64,000 bases of DNA from contig JAPLXZ010000011.1 of the NCBI GenBank assembly GCA_026395815.1, forward strand, positions 1,638-65,637. Direction: 5' to 3'. Origin of the DNA: Candidatus Pacearchaeota archaeon (GTDB lineage: Archaea > Nanobdellota > Nanobdellia > Pacearchaeales > GW2011-AR1). The position numbers and the translations under genes were made by a program. Below, one piece after another: positions 1 to 9,482 of the stretch. The stretch's first letter is position 1. Every line of letters starts with the position of its first letter. The notes under the pieces were generated by a model, which ran no database searches, was not told the DNA's origin, and saw nothing but the letters and a program-made list of their open reading frames with translations.

Positions 1-1
1 T

Positions 2-1021
2 GCAAATGATGATAGTTCATTTATAAATATAGTATTATCTTCTGATGTACCTGTAAGAATAACTAATATTTATTTCAAATACCCCCTAACTAATCTAAAT
101 GCACATGCAGTTGGTATCGGGGGGAAAAGCTTTGGTTATACTAAGATACGAATAGATCATAATAAGTTTGAGAAGGGTTCAAGAATGATTTATTCCTCTG
201 GGTGGGTGGAAGCAGTGGTAGATCATAATGAGTTTCTTAATTGTAACATTGCAATTGGTATTAATGGAGATGATAACGCTGCATGGAACCGTCCAATTGC
301 AGCAGGAACATCTCATGCATTTTTCATCGAAGATAATACCTTTATCATAAATAACAATGTTGATCTTGAACCACAAGAAATGATTTATCCCCAAGAAGGT
401 GCTAGAATAGTTACGAGATATAATAAATTTGATTCAACAGCATATACTGGAGGTAGTACATTTTTCCAAACTTCACATGGAAACCAGGGTTATTACACTG
501 GGACTGGTGATTTCAGGGGCCAACCATTGATGGAGATTTATGGAAATATAATACATATTCATTATTCATATGATTATCAACTTGTATCCAGGGGAAGTTC
601 GTGGATTGTTTACGATAATAATATTATCTTTGAGACAGGAACACCCCTTGGCATAAAACTAACAGAAGAGGAAAATTGGCAATCGGCATTCTTCAACCCA
701 CTTAGGACTGTATGGCCTGCTGAAGACCAAATAATAAACAGCTTTTTTTGGAATAATACTCGAAATGGAGCCCTTATAACAGATGTTGGATTTAACTCTG
801 TTAGTGATTCAACAATATTTATTCTACAGAATAGAGATTACTTTATGCACAAACCACAATCAACTGGGGGTTATGAATATTATACTGGGCGCCAAGGTGC
901 ATCAAATGCAACACCAACAACCAGTAGTGGTTCGAATACTATGATATTTAATGCATCAGGAGCAAATGCCTATTATCCCTACACCCCTTACGCTTATCCT
1001 CATCCACTCACTTTAATATAA
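2..1021 (+). CDS. Beta-helix-like repeat protein, 5' end cut by window edge
   Basis: The frame of ORF 185..1021 stays open back to nt 2 (ANDDSSFINIV...), so the gene starts upstream of the window. N/G/I-rich strand repeats (NIIHIHYSYDY, IVYDNNIIFE, FFWNNTRNG) resemble right-handed parallel beta-helix proteins. Product is tentative. Confidence 0.5.
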   Translation, partial: ANDDSSFINIVLSSDVPVRITNIYFKYPLTNLNAHAVGIGGKSFGYTKIRIDHNKFEKGSRMIYSSGWVEAVVDHNEFLNCNIAIGINGDDNAAWNRPIAAGTSHAFFIEDNTFIINNNVDLEPQEMIYPQEGARIVTRYNKFDSTAYTGGSTFFQTSHGNQGYYTGTGDFRGQPLMEIYGNIIHIHYSYDYQLVSRGSSWIVYDNNIIFETGTPLGIKLTEEENWQSAFFNPLRTVWPAEDQIINSFFWNNTRNGALITDVGFNSVSDSTIFILQNRDYFMHKPQSTGGYEYYTGRQGASNATPTTSSGSNTMIFNASGANAYYPYTPYAYPHPLTLI

Positions 1022-1080
1022 AATAAATAAATTTTTTAATTCTCCAATAAATTTATATATTCTTTCTTGTTTTATTTAAT

Positions 1081-1365
1081 ATGACACAAGTTATAAAAAG
1101 AGGCGGAAAGAGAAGACAAATTTTCAGCCCTTCAAAAATAAAAAAATCCATAAAAGGAGCTGCAAGAGAAGCCGGATTTTCTGCTTCGAAAGCTGAAAGA
1201 GTTGTCAATGAAGTTGGAGATGGGGTAATCAACTTTTTCAAGAAAAAAAGAGTTGTTAAAAGCGTTGACATAAGAAAATCAATTCTTAGAAGGCTCAATA
1301 GAAAAGCAAAGGCAGTAGCTGCTAAGTGGAGAAAATTTGAAAAGAGAAAAGCGGGGAAATTTTAG
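1081..1365 (+). CDS. Stand-alone ATP-cone domain protein
   Basis: N-terminus VIKRGGKRRQIFSPSKIKKSI matches the ATP-cone pattern (VIKRDG..E.F...KI) seen in RNR/NrdR regulatory domains. 94 aa with a basic tail. Confidence 0.65.
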   Translation: MTQVIKRGGKRRQIFSPSKIKKSIKGAAREAGFSASKAERVVNEVGDGVINFFKKKRVVKSVDIRKSILRRLNRKAKAVAAKWRKFEKRKAGKF

Positions 1366-1620
1366 TTATCTTCTTTTAAAAAACTCTATTTGCCTGAATC
1401 TTTTCATTACTTTTTCATAATTGGTTTTATCAACAAGAATCTTAGTCTTGCTTTCATTTAGCAATCTGAAATCATATTTGCTTACTGAAAGCTTTAACTT
1501 ATCTTTTCCAGAATACTTCTTCCATCTTTTTTCTTTTTTTAATTTATATTGGAGTACCATAGTTTCAAAAAATAAAAGAAATATATAAATTTTTACGTCT
1601 AAGTAAGCATTCTGCTTCAA
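1366..1620 (-). CDS. Hypothetical small basic protein
   Basis: ORF only. The true start may be the internal Met (MVLQYKLKKEKRW...). No recognisable motif. Confidence 0.3.
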   Translation of the reverse strand: MKQNAYLDVKIYIFLLFFETMVLQYKLKKEKRWKKYSGKDKLKLSVSKYDFRLLNESKTKILVDKTNYEKVMKRFRQIEFFKRR

Positions 1621-1642
1621 TTCGGGGTAGATAGTATAAGAA

Positions 1643-1927
1643 CTATTTGATAAGCCTTTGGATATTTTCTATTGCATCTGCAACTTCTTTTCCTTTCTTA
1701 GTTAGTTGTATCACTTTTATTCTACCCCTTTTTTCAAAAGCAACTAACTTTAAGGCTTCTAAAGTCTGTAAAATTTTTACAGCGTGGCTATAAGTACAGT
1801 CTACTTCTTTAGCCAAAATACTACCATATCTCATTCTTGTGTTCTTTTTTAAAGATACCAGCATCAAAGCCGGCTTTCTCCTGAAAAAGATATCAAAATT
1901 GTCTTTCATTTTATCTATGAGGTTCAA
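1643..1927 (-). CDS. Winged-helix (MarR/ArsR-like) transcriptional regulator
   Basis: SILAKEVDCTYSHAVKILQTLEALKLVAFEKRGRIKVIQLTKKG is a typical HTH plus wing. The first codon is TTG; an alternative ATG lies at 1909. Confidence 0.6.
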   Translation of the reverse strand: MNLIDKMKDNFDIFFRRKPALMLVSLKKNTRMRYGSILAKEVDCTYSHAVKILQTLEALKLVAFEKRGRIKVIQLTKKGKEVADAIENIQRLIK

Positions 1928-2078
1928 TGTATATATTCTGATAGTGATGTGCTTTTAAATCTTTTGTATCGAACATATTAAAATATAATACAAAAGTTTA
2001 TCGAGGTTCTTCCGAGTGTTAAATCTTTTGGAAAGCATATTTGAAAATGTTTATTAAGCAATACCACTGTTAAATTTT

Positions 2079-2690
2079 ATGGGAAAAAAGACAAAAATCC
2101 TTGCTGTAGGGGATATTCATGGGGATACTGGTTTAGTGAAAAGACTAGCTGAAAAAGCAGTAAAAGAAAACATTGATTTAGTAATATTAGCAGGAGATTT
2201 AACTTTTGCCGAAAGCTCTGTAAAAAATCTAATCGGTCCATTCATAAAAGCAAAAAAACAAGTTCTTCTAATTCCAGGAAATCATGAATCAATGGCAACA
2301 GCAGATTTTTTAGCAGAAATGTACCCTAATACAAAAAACATTCATGGTTATTCATTCAGAAAAGATGATTTAGGAATTTTTGGAGCAGGAGCAGGGGATA
2401 TAGGAATAAATCAGATTAAAGATTCAGAAATCTTTGAATTATTGAAAAGGGGGCATGAAAGCATTAAGGATTTGAATAAGAAAATCATGGTAACTCACAT
2501 GCATCCAAAAGGAAGCAAGCAAGAATTTTCTGGCTTCCAGGGAAGCGATGCAGTTAGACGTGCAATAAAACAGTTCAAACCAAATGTTTTGATTACTGCT
2601 CACATACACGAAGCAGCAGGCATGGAAGAAGAAATAGGAAAAACAAAGGTAATTAATGTAAGCAGGAAAGAGAAAATCTTTGAGATTTAG
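2079..2690 (+). CDS. Calcineurin-like metallophosphoesterase
   Basis: Motifs VGDIHGD, AGDL, GNHE and HMHP/AHIHE appear in the canonical order. Confidence 0.85.
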   Translation: MGKKTKILAVGDIHGDTGLVKRLAEKAVKENIDLVILAGDLTFAESSVKNLIGPFIKAKKQVLLIPGNHESMATADFLAEMYPNTKNIHGYSFRKDDLGIFGAGAGDIGINQIKDSEIFELLKRGHESIKDLNKKIMVTHMHPKGSKQEFSGFQGSDAVRRAIKQFKPNVLITAHIHEAAGMEEEIGKTKVINVSRKEKIFEI

Positions 2691-2707
2691 ATATGGATTA
2701 CTAACAT

Positions 2708-3037
2708 TTAAAAAATATCAAGAGATAAACAAGTATTTTCATAAATTTCTCTCAATTTATCATGAGTTCTTTTGAAAGATTCTTCATCTAAATTTACAAG
2801 CCTGAAATAACTTTTTCCAATGTATGCTACTGGAAGAATCTGCCCCCCTATTTTAGGATGTTCATCATGAGGATTTGCAACATAAACATGTCCTTTGGGT
2901 TGAACATTAAATCCTGCTTTAGATAAGTTATTAATCATCCTGTTTCTTCTTTCAAAAAATAAACTTCCTATTTCTTCTATGCATCTAACCATAAAAAAGT
3001 GTAAATCAATACATTTATAAAAATTACCATAAAGCAA
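2708..3037 (-). CDS. Hypothetical protein
   Basis: ORF only. TTG first codon, with internal ATGs at 2992 and further in. Confidence 0.3.
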   Translation of the reverse strand: MLYGNFYKCIDLHFFMVRCIEEIGSLFFERRNRMINNLSKAGFNVQPKGHVYVANPHDEHPKIGGQILPVAYIGKSYFRLVNLDEESFKRTHDKLREIYENTCLSLDIF

Positions 3038-3094
3038 TATACTTATTAAAACAAATAATTAAAAATATAAATACTTTATTAGACACTCTTAAAC

Positions 3095-5428
3095 ATGCGA
3101 AAAAAGAAGCAAAAACCAGCTGAACAAAAAATAGCAGAAAATTATTTTCCTGTTAATGAAGGAGATTTAAAGTATGCGATAGAAAAATCATACAGTCCTA
3201 TGAATGTAGAAATAACTCCAACAAGAATAAAAACCAAAAAAACTTTTAAAAAACCAAAAAACCAAAAAAAACCAAAAAAAAGTTATAAAAAAGCAGGATT
3301 AAAATCAATAAAAGAATACAGTGTTCCAGATATCACTCTAAAAAAAGAAGGATACGAACTTATCATTACAGAAAAACCACAAGCGGCATTAAAAATAGCA
3401 GATGCCTTGGGAAATTCAACAAAAAGGAACTTGCAGGGAATTCCCTATTATGAAGTTTCAAGACAAGGAAAAAAAATAATTGTTGCTTGTGCTGTAGGAC
3501 ATTTGTTCACATTAAGTCAAACACAATCCAACTCTAGCTATCCTGTCTTTGATATTATATGGATGCCTAATTTTTTAGTAAGAAAAGGAGATTTTACAAA
3601 AAAATACTATGATACCCTGTTAAGTCTTGCAAAGAATGCAGGAAGTCTTACTGTTGCTACAGATTATGATATTGAAGGAGAAGTCATAGGATTAAATGTT
3701 GTTAGATTTATTTGCAATCAAAAAGATGCAAATAGAATGAAGTTTTCAACCCTCACAAAAAACGAATTAAATGAAGCTTATGAAAAAAAATCAAAAAGCA
3801 TAAATTGGGGGCAGGCGATTGCAGGAGAAACTCGGCATTATTTAGATTGGTTTTATGGTATCAATTTATCAAGAGCCTTAATGGATTCAATAAAAACAAC
3901 AGGAAAATTCAGAATTATGTCTGTAGGAAGAGTTCAAGGTCCTACCCTGAACTTAATAGTCGAAAGAGAAAGAAAGATTCAAGCATTTATTTCACAGAAA
4001 TACTGGCAGGTTTTTATTAAAATAAAAAATTCGCATGAATTAGAATTAAAATATAATAAAGATATCTTTAACAAAAAAGAACTTGATAAGTTTAAGGATA
4101 TTGTTGGAAAAACCGCTATTGCAAATACCACAAAAAAAGAAGAGACTCTTCCCCCAAATCCTCCTTTTAATCTAACTACTTTACAAATGGAAGCATATCG
4201 GCTTTTTGGCACGACTCCTGCAAGAACTCTTCAAGTAGCACAATCATTATATCTCGCTGGACTCATTTCTTATCCAAGAACATCAAGTCAAAAACTCCCT
4301 GATTCAATTGATTATGAAGATATTTTAAAAAAATTAGCAGGAAGATATAAAGTTGAAAGATTAATTACAAGAAATAAGCCAATAGAAGGAAATAAATTAG
4401 ATCCTGCTCATCCATCAATTTATCCAACAGGAGAGTCACAGATTTTATCTGGAGAAGAAGAGAAGATTTACAGTCTTATTGTTAAAAGGTTCTTATGCCT
4501 TTTTTGTGATAATGCGATTGTTGACAATAAAACTGTATCTGCCAGTTTAGATAATATGCTCTTTTCTATTAAAGGTTCTTCAGTGAGAAAAAAAGCGTGG
4601 CTTGAGATTTACCCTTCTAAAATAAAAGAAACAGAACTCCCTGATTTGAATGGGGAAGTAAAAATAGTAGATACAAGAACAGAAGAAAAAGACACACAAC
4701 CTCCAAAACGTTATTCTCCTGCTTCAATAGTTGCTGAACTTGAAAAGAAAAATTTAGGAACAAAAGCAACAAGGGCGAATATAATTGAAACTCTTTATGA
4801 TAGAGGCTATATTAAAGAAAAAAGCATTGAAGCAACTCCGTTTGGAATTTCTTTAATTGTAACATTAGAAAAATATTCTCCTGTAATAATAGAAGAAAAA
4901 CTTACAAGAAGATTTGAAGATGAAATGAATTCGATTTCACAATCCAAAAAAAATTTTGAAGAGAAGGAAAAGAAAGTCGTTGATGAAGCGAAAGAAGCGA
5001 TAATAAAAATATCAGAAGATTTTGAAAAAAACAAGGAAGAAATAGGAAAAGAGTTAGTGGTAGCAGAAGTTAAATTAAGAGAGCAAGAAAGAGAAGGAAA
5101 TAAATTAAATATCTGCCCTGTATGCGGGAAAGGATTTCTTTCAATAACATATTCAAAAAAGAACAGAAAGCAATTTATTGCGTGCAATGCATATCCAAAT
5201 TGCAAGAATACCTATTCTCTTCCTCCAAACAGTTTAATAAAAAAAGCAGACAAAATCTGTGAGCAATGTGGCTTTCCAATGTTAATAAGCATAAGAAAAG
5301 GAAAAAAACCATGGCAATTCTGCTTCAATCCTCAATGTCCAACAAACAAGCAGAGAATTGAAGAATATCAAAAAAGGAAATTGGAAGAATCTACAAATGA
5401 AAATGATAATTCCAAAAATTTAAATTAA
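3095..5428 (+). CDS. topA: DNA topoisomerase I (type IA)
   Basis: Toprim start LIITEKPQAALKIADAL, DYDIEGE acidic cluster, active-site region GLISYPRTSSQKLP, and C-terminal Cys4 zinc ribbons (CPVCG...CNAYPNC, CEQCG...CFNPQC). Confidence 0.95.
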   Translation: MRKKKQKPAEQKIAENYFPVNEGDLKYAIEKSYSPMNVEITPTRIKTKKTFKKPKNQKKPKKSYKKAGLKSIKEYSVPDITLKKEGYELIITEKPQAALKIADALGNSTKRNLQGIPYYEVSRQGKKIIVACAVGHLFTLSQTQSNSSYPVFDIIWMPNFLVRKGDFTKKYYDTLLSLAKNAGSLTVATDYDIEGEVIGLNVVRFICNQKDANRMKFSTLTKNELNEAYEKKSKSINWGQAIAGETRHYLDWFYGINLSRALMDSIKTTGKFRIMSVGRVQGPTLNLIVERERKIQAFISQKYWQVFIKIKNSHELELKYNKDIFNKKELDKFKDIVGKTAIANTTKKEETLPPNPPFNLTTLQMEAYRLFGTTPARTLQVAQSLYLAGLISYPRTSSQKLPDSIDYEDILKKLAGRYKVERLITRNKPIEGNKLDPAHPSIYPTGESQILSGEEEKIYSLIVKRFLCLFCDNAIVDNKTVSASLDNMLFSIKGSSVRKKAWLEIYPSKIKETELPDLNGEVKIVDTRTEEKDTQPPKRYSPASIVAELEKKNLGTKATRANIIETLYDRGYIKEKSIEATPFGISLIVTLEKYSPVIIEEKLTRRFEDEMNSISQSKKNFEEKEKKVVDEAKEAIIKISEDFEKNKEEIGKELVVAEVKLREQEREGNKLNICPVCGKGFLSITYSKKNRKQFIACNAYPNCKNTYSLPPNSLIKKADKICEQCGFPMLISIRKGKKPWQFCFNPQCPTNKQRIEEYQKRKLEESTNENDNSKNLN

Positions 5429-5434
5429 TTCTAA

Positions 5435-5632
5435 TTACCTTCTTCTTTTTTTCTTAGGTTTTTTTAGTTTTTTAGAACAACAGCATTTACATGCAAAGAG
5501 ATGTATAACTAAAGCTAATACTGCTATAAGAATAATCCATTTAGAAGGCAGCCAAATAACAGTTGAATCCAAAAAAGTGAATGCAACTATAATCAAAAGT
5601 AAAATAGCCTGCCAGATTTTACATTGACACAT
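5435..5632 (-). CDS. Small membrane protein with Cys clusters and poly-basic tail
   Basis: AGGAGG lies 8 nt upstream of the second ATG (MCQCKIW...). Two hydrophobic helices, then CKCCCSKKLKKPKKKRRR. Confidence 0.35.
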   Translation of the reverse strand: MCQCKIWQAILLLIIVAFTFLDSTVIWLPSKWIILIAVLALVIHLFACKCCCSKKLKKPKKKRRR

Positions 5633-5689
5633 TTTTTCATTCCTCCTTTCAAACATATAATAGAAATACCTTAATAAAATTAACTAAAC

Positions 5690-6895
5690 TTAAATCCACT
5701 GATTCAGATTTCTCTGCGTCTTAATCTGACTTAAGAGCTTGCTCTTTTTTAGTATTTGTTCATAATCAAAATTATATTTTATTTTTCCTATCTTTTTTAC
5801 ACTATCAATCATCTCATCAAAATTATTAAAATTCATTGGTCCTTTAGCAAGAGCTTTTCTTACACTTTCTCTTACAACCCAAACTCCTAATGAAGCCCAA
5901 TAACTTGGAGTTTCAATCCTAATTGCAAGAACACTCGCTTGCCTTTTTACATTATTTAAATATTCTAAAATAGGAAGTTTTGACGCATAATAACCTCCTG
6001 CTGTAGCTGTAGCATAATCCCTCCTTCCCCTATAACTTTCAAAATCAGTAGATGCCTTTAACTCCTTACTTGGATTCCAGCTGCTGCCCGGCATGTACAA
6101 TTCAAACAATTCATAACTCCAAACATTAGGAAAAAGCATTATTGCATACCAATTTCCTAAGAATCCACCAAAGAATAATTCGTAATTTTCTATCCAATTG
6201 TATTCTTTTATTTTTTTAATGATTGATTTTCCAATTGTATCATCAGTTGCAGTAATGCTCCATCTTGTAGGAACAAGCCTTTTGTTTTTCCGTAGCCCCA
6301 GCACTCCTACGCTTAAAATTTTGCTTAGGGTATATTCATTAAAACTGTTTTTGTATAAATATTCCATTCCTTCACTAGATTTTATTTCATCATTTATTAC
6401 TCTGTCAACTTTTTTATGAACCTTTACATTGCCTGTTATTTTAGCTGATTTTAATCCTGCTCTCATTCCATGAGGAGTTAAAACTCTGTCTGCATTTCTT
6501 CCTACATTAACCTTATTTTTCAGTTCAATTTCTACATCTACTGGCTTAGAAGCAATTGCAATATCTTGTGCAAGCTGAACAAAATGCTTGTTTGTTCTTG
6601 AATCTTGAACTTGTGATTGAAACCTAGAATTTAACAAACTGTCTCTCAATCTTAAAACATCATTAATCTGAAAATCATTGTTAGCCCAATATTTTGCATC
6701 ATCATATATCCATGCATTTTCATCCCTTTCTAATGGGCTTAAGATTCCTACATTAACTAAGGGATATTTTAGCTTGCTTCCTATAAAAACGCTTGGAGGA
6801 GAATTGCTGTCCAATTTTGATATATTCCTTAAGTTTTTATATTTAAAACTCAATTCAGATATCTTTCTTATTACTTCAAATTTAATGTCTGACAT
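5690..6895 (-). CDS. Nre-family (DUF650/DUF651-like) DNA repair protein candidate with C-terminal PIP box
   Basis: About 400 aa, with PTRWSITA-type motif. The extreme C-terminus QRNLNQWI fits the PCNA-interacting consensus Qxx[ILM]xx[FYW][FYWLI]. Directly upstream of radB on the same strand. Confidence 0.55.
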   Translation of the reverse strand: MSDIKFEVIRKISELSFKYKNLRNISKLDSNSPPSVFIGSKLKYPLVNVGILSPLERDENAWIYDDAKYWANNDFQINDVLRLRDSLLNSRFQSQVQDSRTNKHFVQLAQDIAIASKPVDVEIELKNKVNVGRNADRVLTPHGMRAGLKSAKITGNVKVHKKVDRVINDEIKSSEGMEYLYKNSFNEYTLSKILSVGVLGLRKNKRLVPTRWSITATDDTIGKSIIKKIKEYNWIENYELFFGGFLGNWYAIMLFPNVWSYELFELYMPGSSWNPSKELKASTDFESYRGRRDYATATAGGYYASKLPILEYLNNVKRQASVLAIRIETPSYWASLGVWVVRESVRKALAKGPMNFNNFDEMIDSVKKIGKIKYNFDYEQILKKSKLLSQIKTQRNLNQWI

Positions 6896-6899
6896 TTTT

Positions 6900-7640
6900 T
6901 TATATCCAACCTCTCCTAAAAATTCCCTTCTCTTTTATTTCAAATTCTAATTCTTTCCAAGGCAAGCTTCTATGTTTTAATAAAATTAATTTTCTTTTTC
7001 CCTTTTCATTCTTTAATTCAATTATGCATTTGCTCCAATATTGAAATAAATCTCCTCCCACAATATTTACTTCTTTTTCAATTCCTTTTTTCCATTCTTC
7101 TTCAGTCAAAAAAGATTCATAGACTTGATTTGTAATGATTATTGGAATATTCTGTTTTCTTGAAATCTCTGCCAGTATTTTCATTTGCTTTGCAGCTTCC
7201 TGATTTATTTCTTTAATCTTTTCCTTGCCTTTTTTATTTGCATCTCCTAACTCCAATCTGTAAAGCATGACCATCCCATCTACAATAATCAGACTGATTT
7301 GTTCTTCTTTTAATTTGTTGTTTAGATTAAGAAAAAACTTTTTTTGTTCTTCAAAACTATAAGGAGATATCAAAAGAATATTTTTTAAGATTTCTTCAAA
7401 GCCTTCTCCAATAATCTGTTTAATTCTTTCAACACTAAATCCCCCTTCTGTATCAACAAAAATAACTTTATTGCCTTTTTTAGCTTGACTGCATGCAACC
7501 AGTTCTGTCATATTTGTTTTTCCGCTTCCAGGAGGTCCTGCAATCATAGTTATTATTCCTTTCTCATAACCCCCATAAAGCCATTTATTCAAATCGTAGC
7601 TTCCTGTAGAAATCTTTCCTGATTTTTCAACCATTAACAT
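6900..7640 (-). CDS. radB: DNA repair and recombination protein RadB
   Basis: STGSYDLNKWLYGGYEKGIITMIAGPPGSGKT (Walker A) and IIVDG (Walker B). Size is about 245 aa, typical of the short RadA paralogue. Confidence 0.8.
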   Translation of the reverse strand: MLMVEKSGKISTGSYDLNKWLYGGYEKGIITMIAGPPGSGKTNMTELVACSQAKKGNKVIFVDTEGGFSVERIKQIIGEGFEEILKNILLISPYSFEEQKKFFLNLNNKLKEEQISLIIVDGMVMLYRLELGDANKKGKEKIKEINQEAAKQMKILAEISRKQNIPIIITNQVYESFLTEEEWKKGIEKEVNIVGGDLFQYWSKCIIELKNEKGKRKLILLKHRSLPWKELEFEIKEKGIFRRGWI

Positions 7641-7675
7641 AAAAGTTTTTCAGAATTAATAAGGATTATTATAAT

Positions 7676-7939
7676 CTATTTCAATTTCTTGAAATCTGTT
7701 TCCAATTTTTCCAAATCTTTTGTAATCGCAGAAACAGCATCTTCAATTGCTTTCTTTGCTGTTTTTCCTTTTGTTTTTACTAAAAAGACGGGCTTTTTAG
7801 TTGGATGCTCCCTTTTCCATGCTGCGAAGGTTACGTTTGCATCTTCATTGAGATAAACTCTTAAAATTTCTGCAATTGTAAGGTTTTCCAACTCAACTTC
7901 CATTTCTTCTTTACTGCTTTTAAGAATGTTAATCTCCAT
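7676..7939 (-). CDS. rpoL: DNA-directed RNA polymerase subunit L (Rpo11)
   Basis: 87 aa. EVELENLTIAEILRVYLNEDANVTFAAWKREHPTKKPVFLVKTKG matches the RpoL/Rpb11 dimerisation fold pattern. Confidence 0.8.
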   Translation of the reverse strand: MEINILKSSKEEMEVELENLTIAEILRVYLNEDANVTFAAWKREHPTKKPVFLVKTKGKTAKKAIEDAVSAITKDLEKLETDFKKLK

Positions 7940-7980
7940 AATATGAATTCTAAAACTATATTTATAAAAGTTGTGTTTGC

Positions 7981-8760
7981 TTAAAAGAACTCGTCAATGT
8001 CTCCTTCAGAAATAGTATAATCAGAACTTTCTCTTTTTTCTTCATTTGCATCTTCTTTTTTCTCTTCGCTATTTTCTATTCCCTCCCCCCAAGTTTCAAC
8101 ATAACTATTGAAATCTTCTTCTTGTCTTCTTTTTTTCATATTCCTTAAATCAGAAATCTTAAGATTCTTAGCAGTGTAATCATCAAAACTCAATTTTTTT
8201 TGTTCTTCAGCACTAAGTTTTTGTGAATCCTTAGGCAATAGCAAGCTCTTTGGGGGGTTTGCTAAAACTCCTGGTCTTCTTAAGCTGATTCTCAAATAAT
8301 TTTCTACTTTACTAATTAGTTTATTGTCATTCTCTGGAACAATTCCTTGTTCCAACAGTTGAATCACTGTCTCAGTTTCCCCTAAATCCTTAGCAAATTG
8401 TTCCCTAGAAATATGTTTCATTCTTCTAATTCTCATGATAGTCCAATGGAAATTATCAATCAAATCTGGCCTTGGTTGAATCTGTTTAGATGAAGTCTCC
8501 CTGAATTTTTTGTCTACAAGTTCCCTAAGGCTAACTTCTCTCCCAATTGCAGAAGGCGTACTTCTAAATTGGGCTATTTTTTCCTTAGTTGTTTGTTGCC
8601 TTTCTGACTGCCGAAGTTGGTCTGTCGTTGGTCTCTTTATGAGTGGAAGTTTTTCAATGGCATTACACATACTGCAAATTCTCACAATACCTCCCCCAGA
8701 AATAGCGTCATACAATCTAACTTTATCCTCAGAAACTCCGCATCTAAAACATTCGGCCAT
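7981..8760 (-). CDS. MBF1-like zinc-ribbon plus XRE-type HTH protein
   Basis: N-terminal CFRCG...RICSMC zinc ribbon, central HTH (ISREQFAKDLGETETVIQLLEQG), and an acidic C-terminus. The architecture matches archaeal MBF1 but with a long linker. Confidence 0.55.
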   Translation of the reverse strand: MAECFRCGVSEDKVRLYDAISGGGIVRICSMCNAIEKLPLIKRPTTDQLRQSERQQTTKEKIAQFRSTPSAIGREVSLRELVDKKFRETSSKQIQPRPDLIDNFHWTIMRIRRMKHISREQFAKDLGETETVIQLLEQGIVPENDNKLISKVENYLRISLRRPGVLANPPKSLLLPKDSQKLSAEEQKKLSFDDYTAKNLKISDLRNMKKRRQEEDFNSYVETWGEGIENSEEKKEDANEEKRESSDYTISEGDIDEFF

Positions 8761-8813
8761 GAAAAATTGGGGTAATGCCTCTTTTTTAATATTTCTATGG
8801 TAAGATATATCCT

Positions 8814-9482
8814 CTAAACAAGATACTTCTCTATGTCCTCTTTAGTATGATATCCATTAAGCACAATTTTTTCATCAATAATAATCGAAGGCAGGTAAGT
8901 AATACCATAAATCTCCTTTTGTAGGTTGACAGAATCAATTCCTAAGTCTCCTGCTATAGGCAATAAAACTATCTTATTGCCCTGTTCTTCTTTTATTTTC
9001 TTTAATATGTCTGATATAGCTCCTTGTTCTGCTCCTTTAGCTTGGTTATAATTTTGAGAATAAAGATAAGCAACAGTGTGAAATGGATTATTACATTTTT
9101 TCTTGAGTAAAATACTGTTCAACCATAATTCTGTCTTTAACAGTACATATCTTTTTTTCTCAGTAAGAATTTGATCAGAAATTTGGTTCGCTTCTTCATA
9201 TTGCTCAATAATTAAACCAGTCTTATAGATCTCATCAGCAAAAATAAAATTTTGTTTAATTGCTTTGTCGCAAGAAGTCTCATCCATAATCTGATAGTAA
9301 TAATTTTGAAGCTTTAAATCAAGGGCTTCAATTTCAAAATTTTTATAATAGTTTAAAGTTTCTTGGATTCGAAGGGATTCTACATAAAATCCAATTGAAA
9401 AACCAATTACGAGTATTGAAAGAGTTATAATCAAAGTTTCTAAGAAGATTTTATTTTTACTTTTAATTATTTCGTATACCAT
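8814..9482 (-). CDS. Membrane-anchored hypothetical protein
   Basis: Single N-terminal TM helix (LIITLSILVIGFSIGFYV). Its start overlaps the stop of the upstream GT2 gene by 16 nt. Confidence 0.5.
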   Translation of the reverse strand: MVYEIIKSKNKIFLETLIITLSILVIGFSIGFYVESLRIQETLNYYKNFEIEALDLKLQNYYYQIMDETSCDKAIKQNFIFADEIYKTGLIIEQYEEANQISDQILTEKKRYVLLKTELWLNSILLKKKCNNPFHTVAYLYSQNYNQAKGAEQGAISDILKKIKEEQGNKIVLLPIAGDLGIDSVNLQKEIYGITYLPSIIIDEKIVLNGYHTKEDIEKYLV

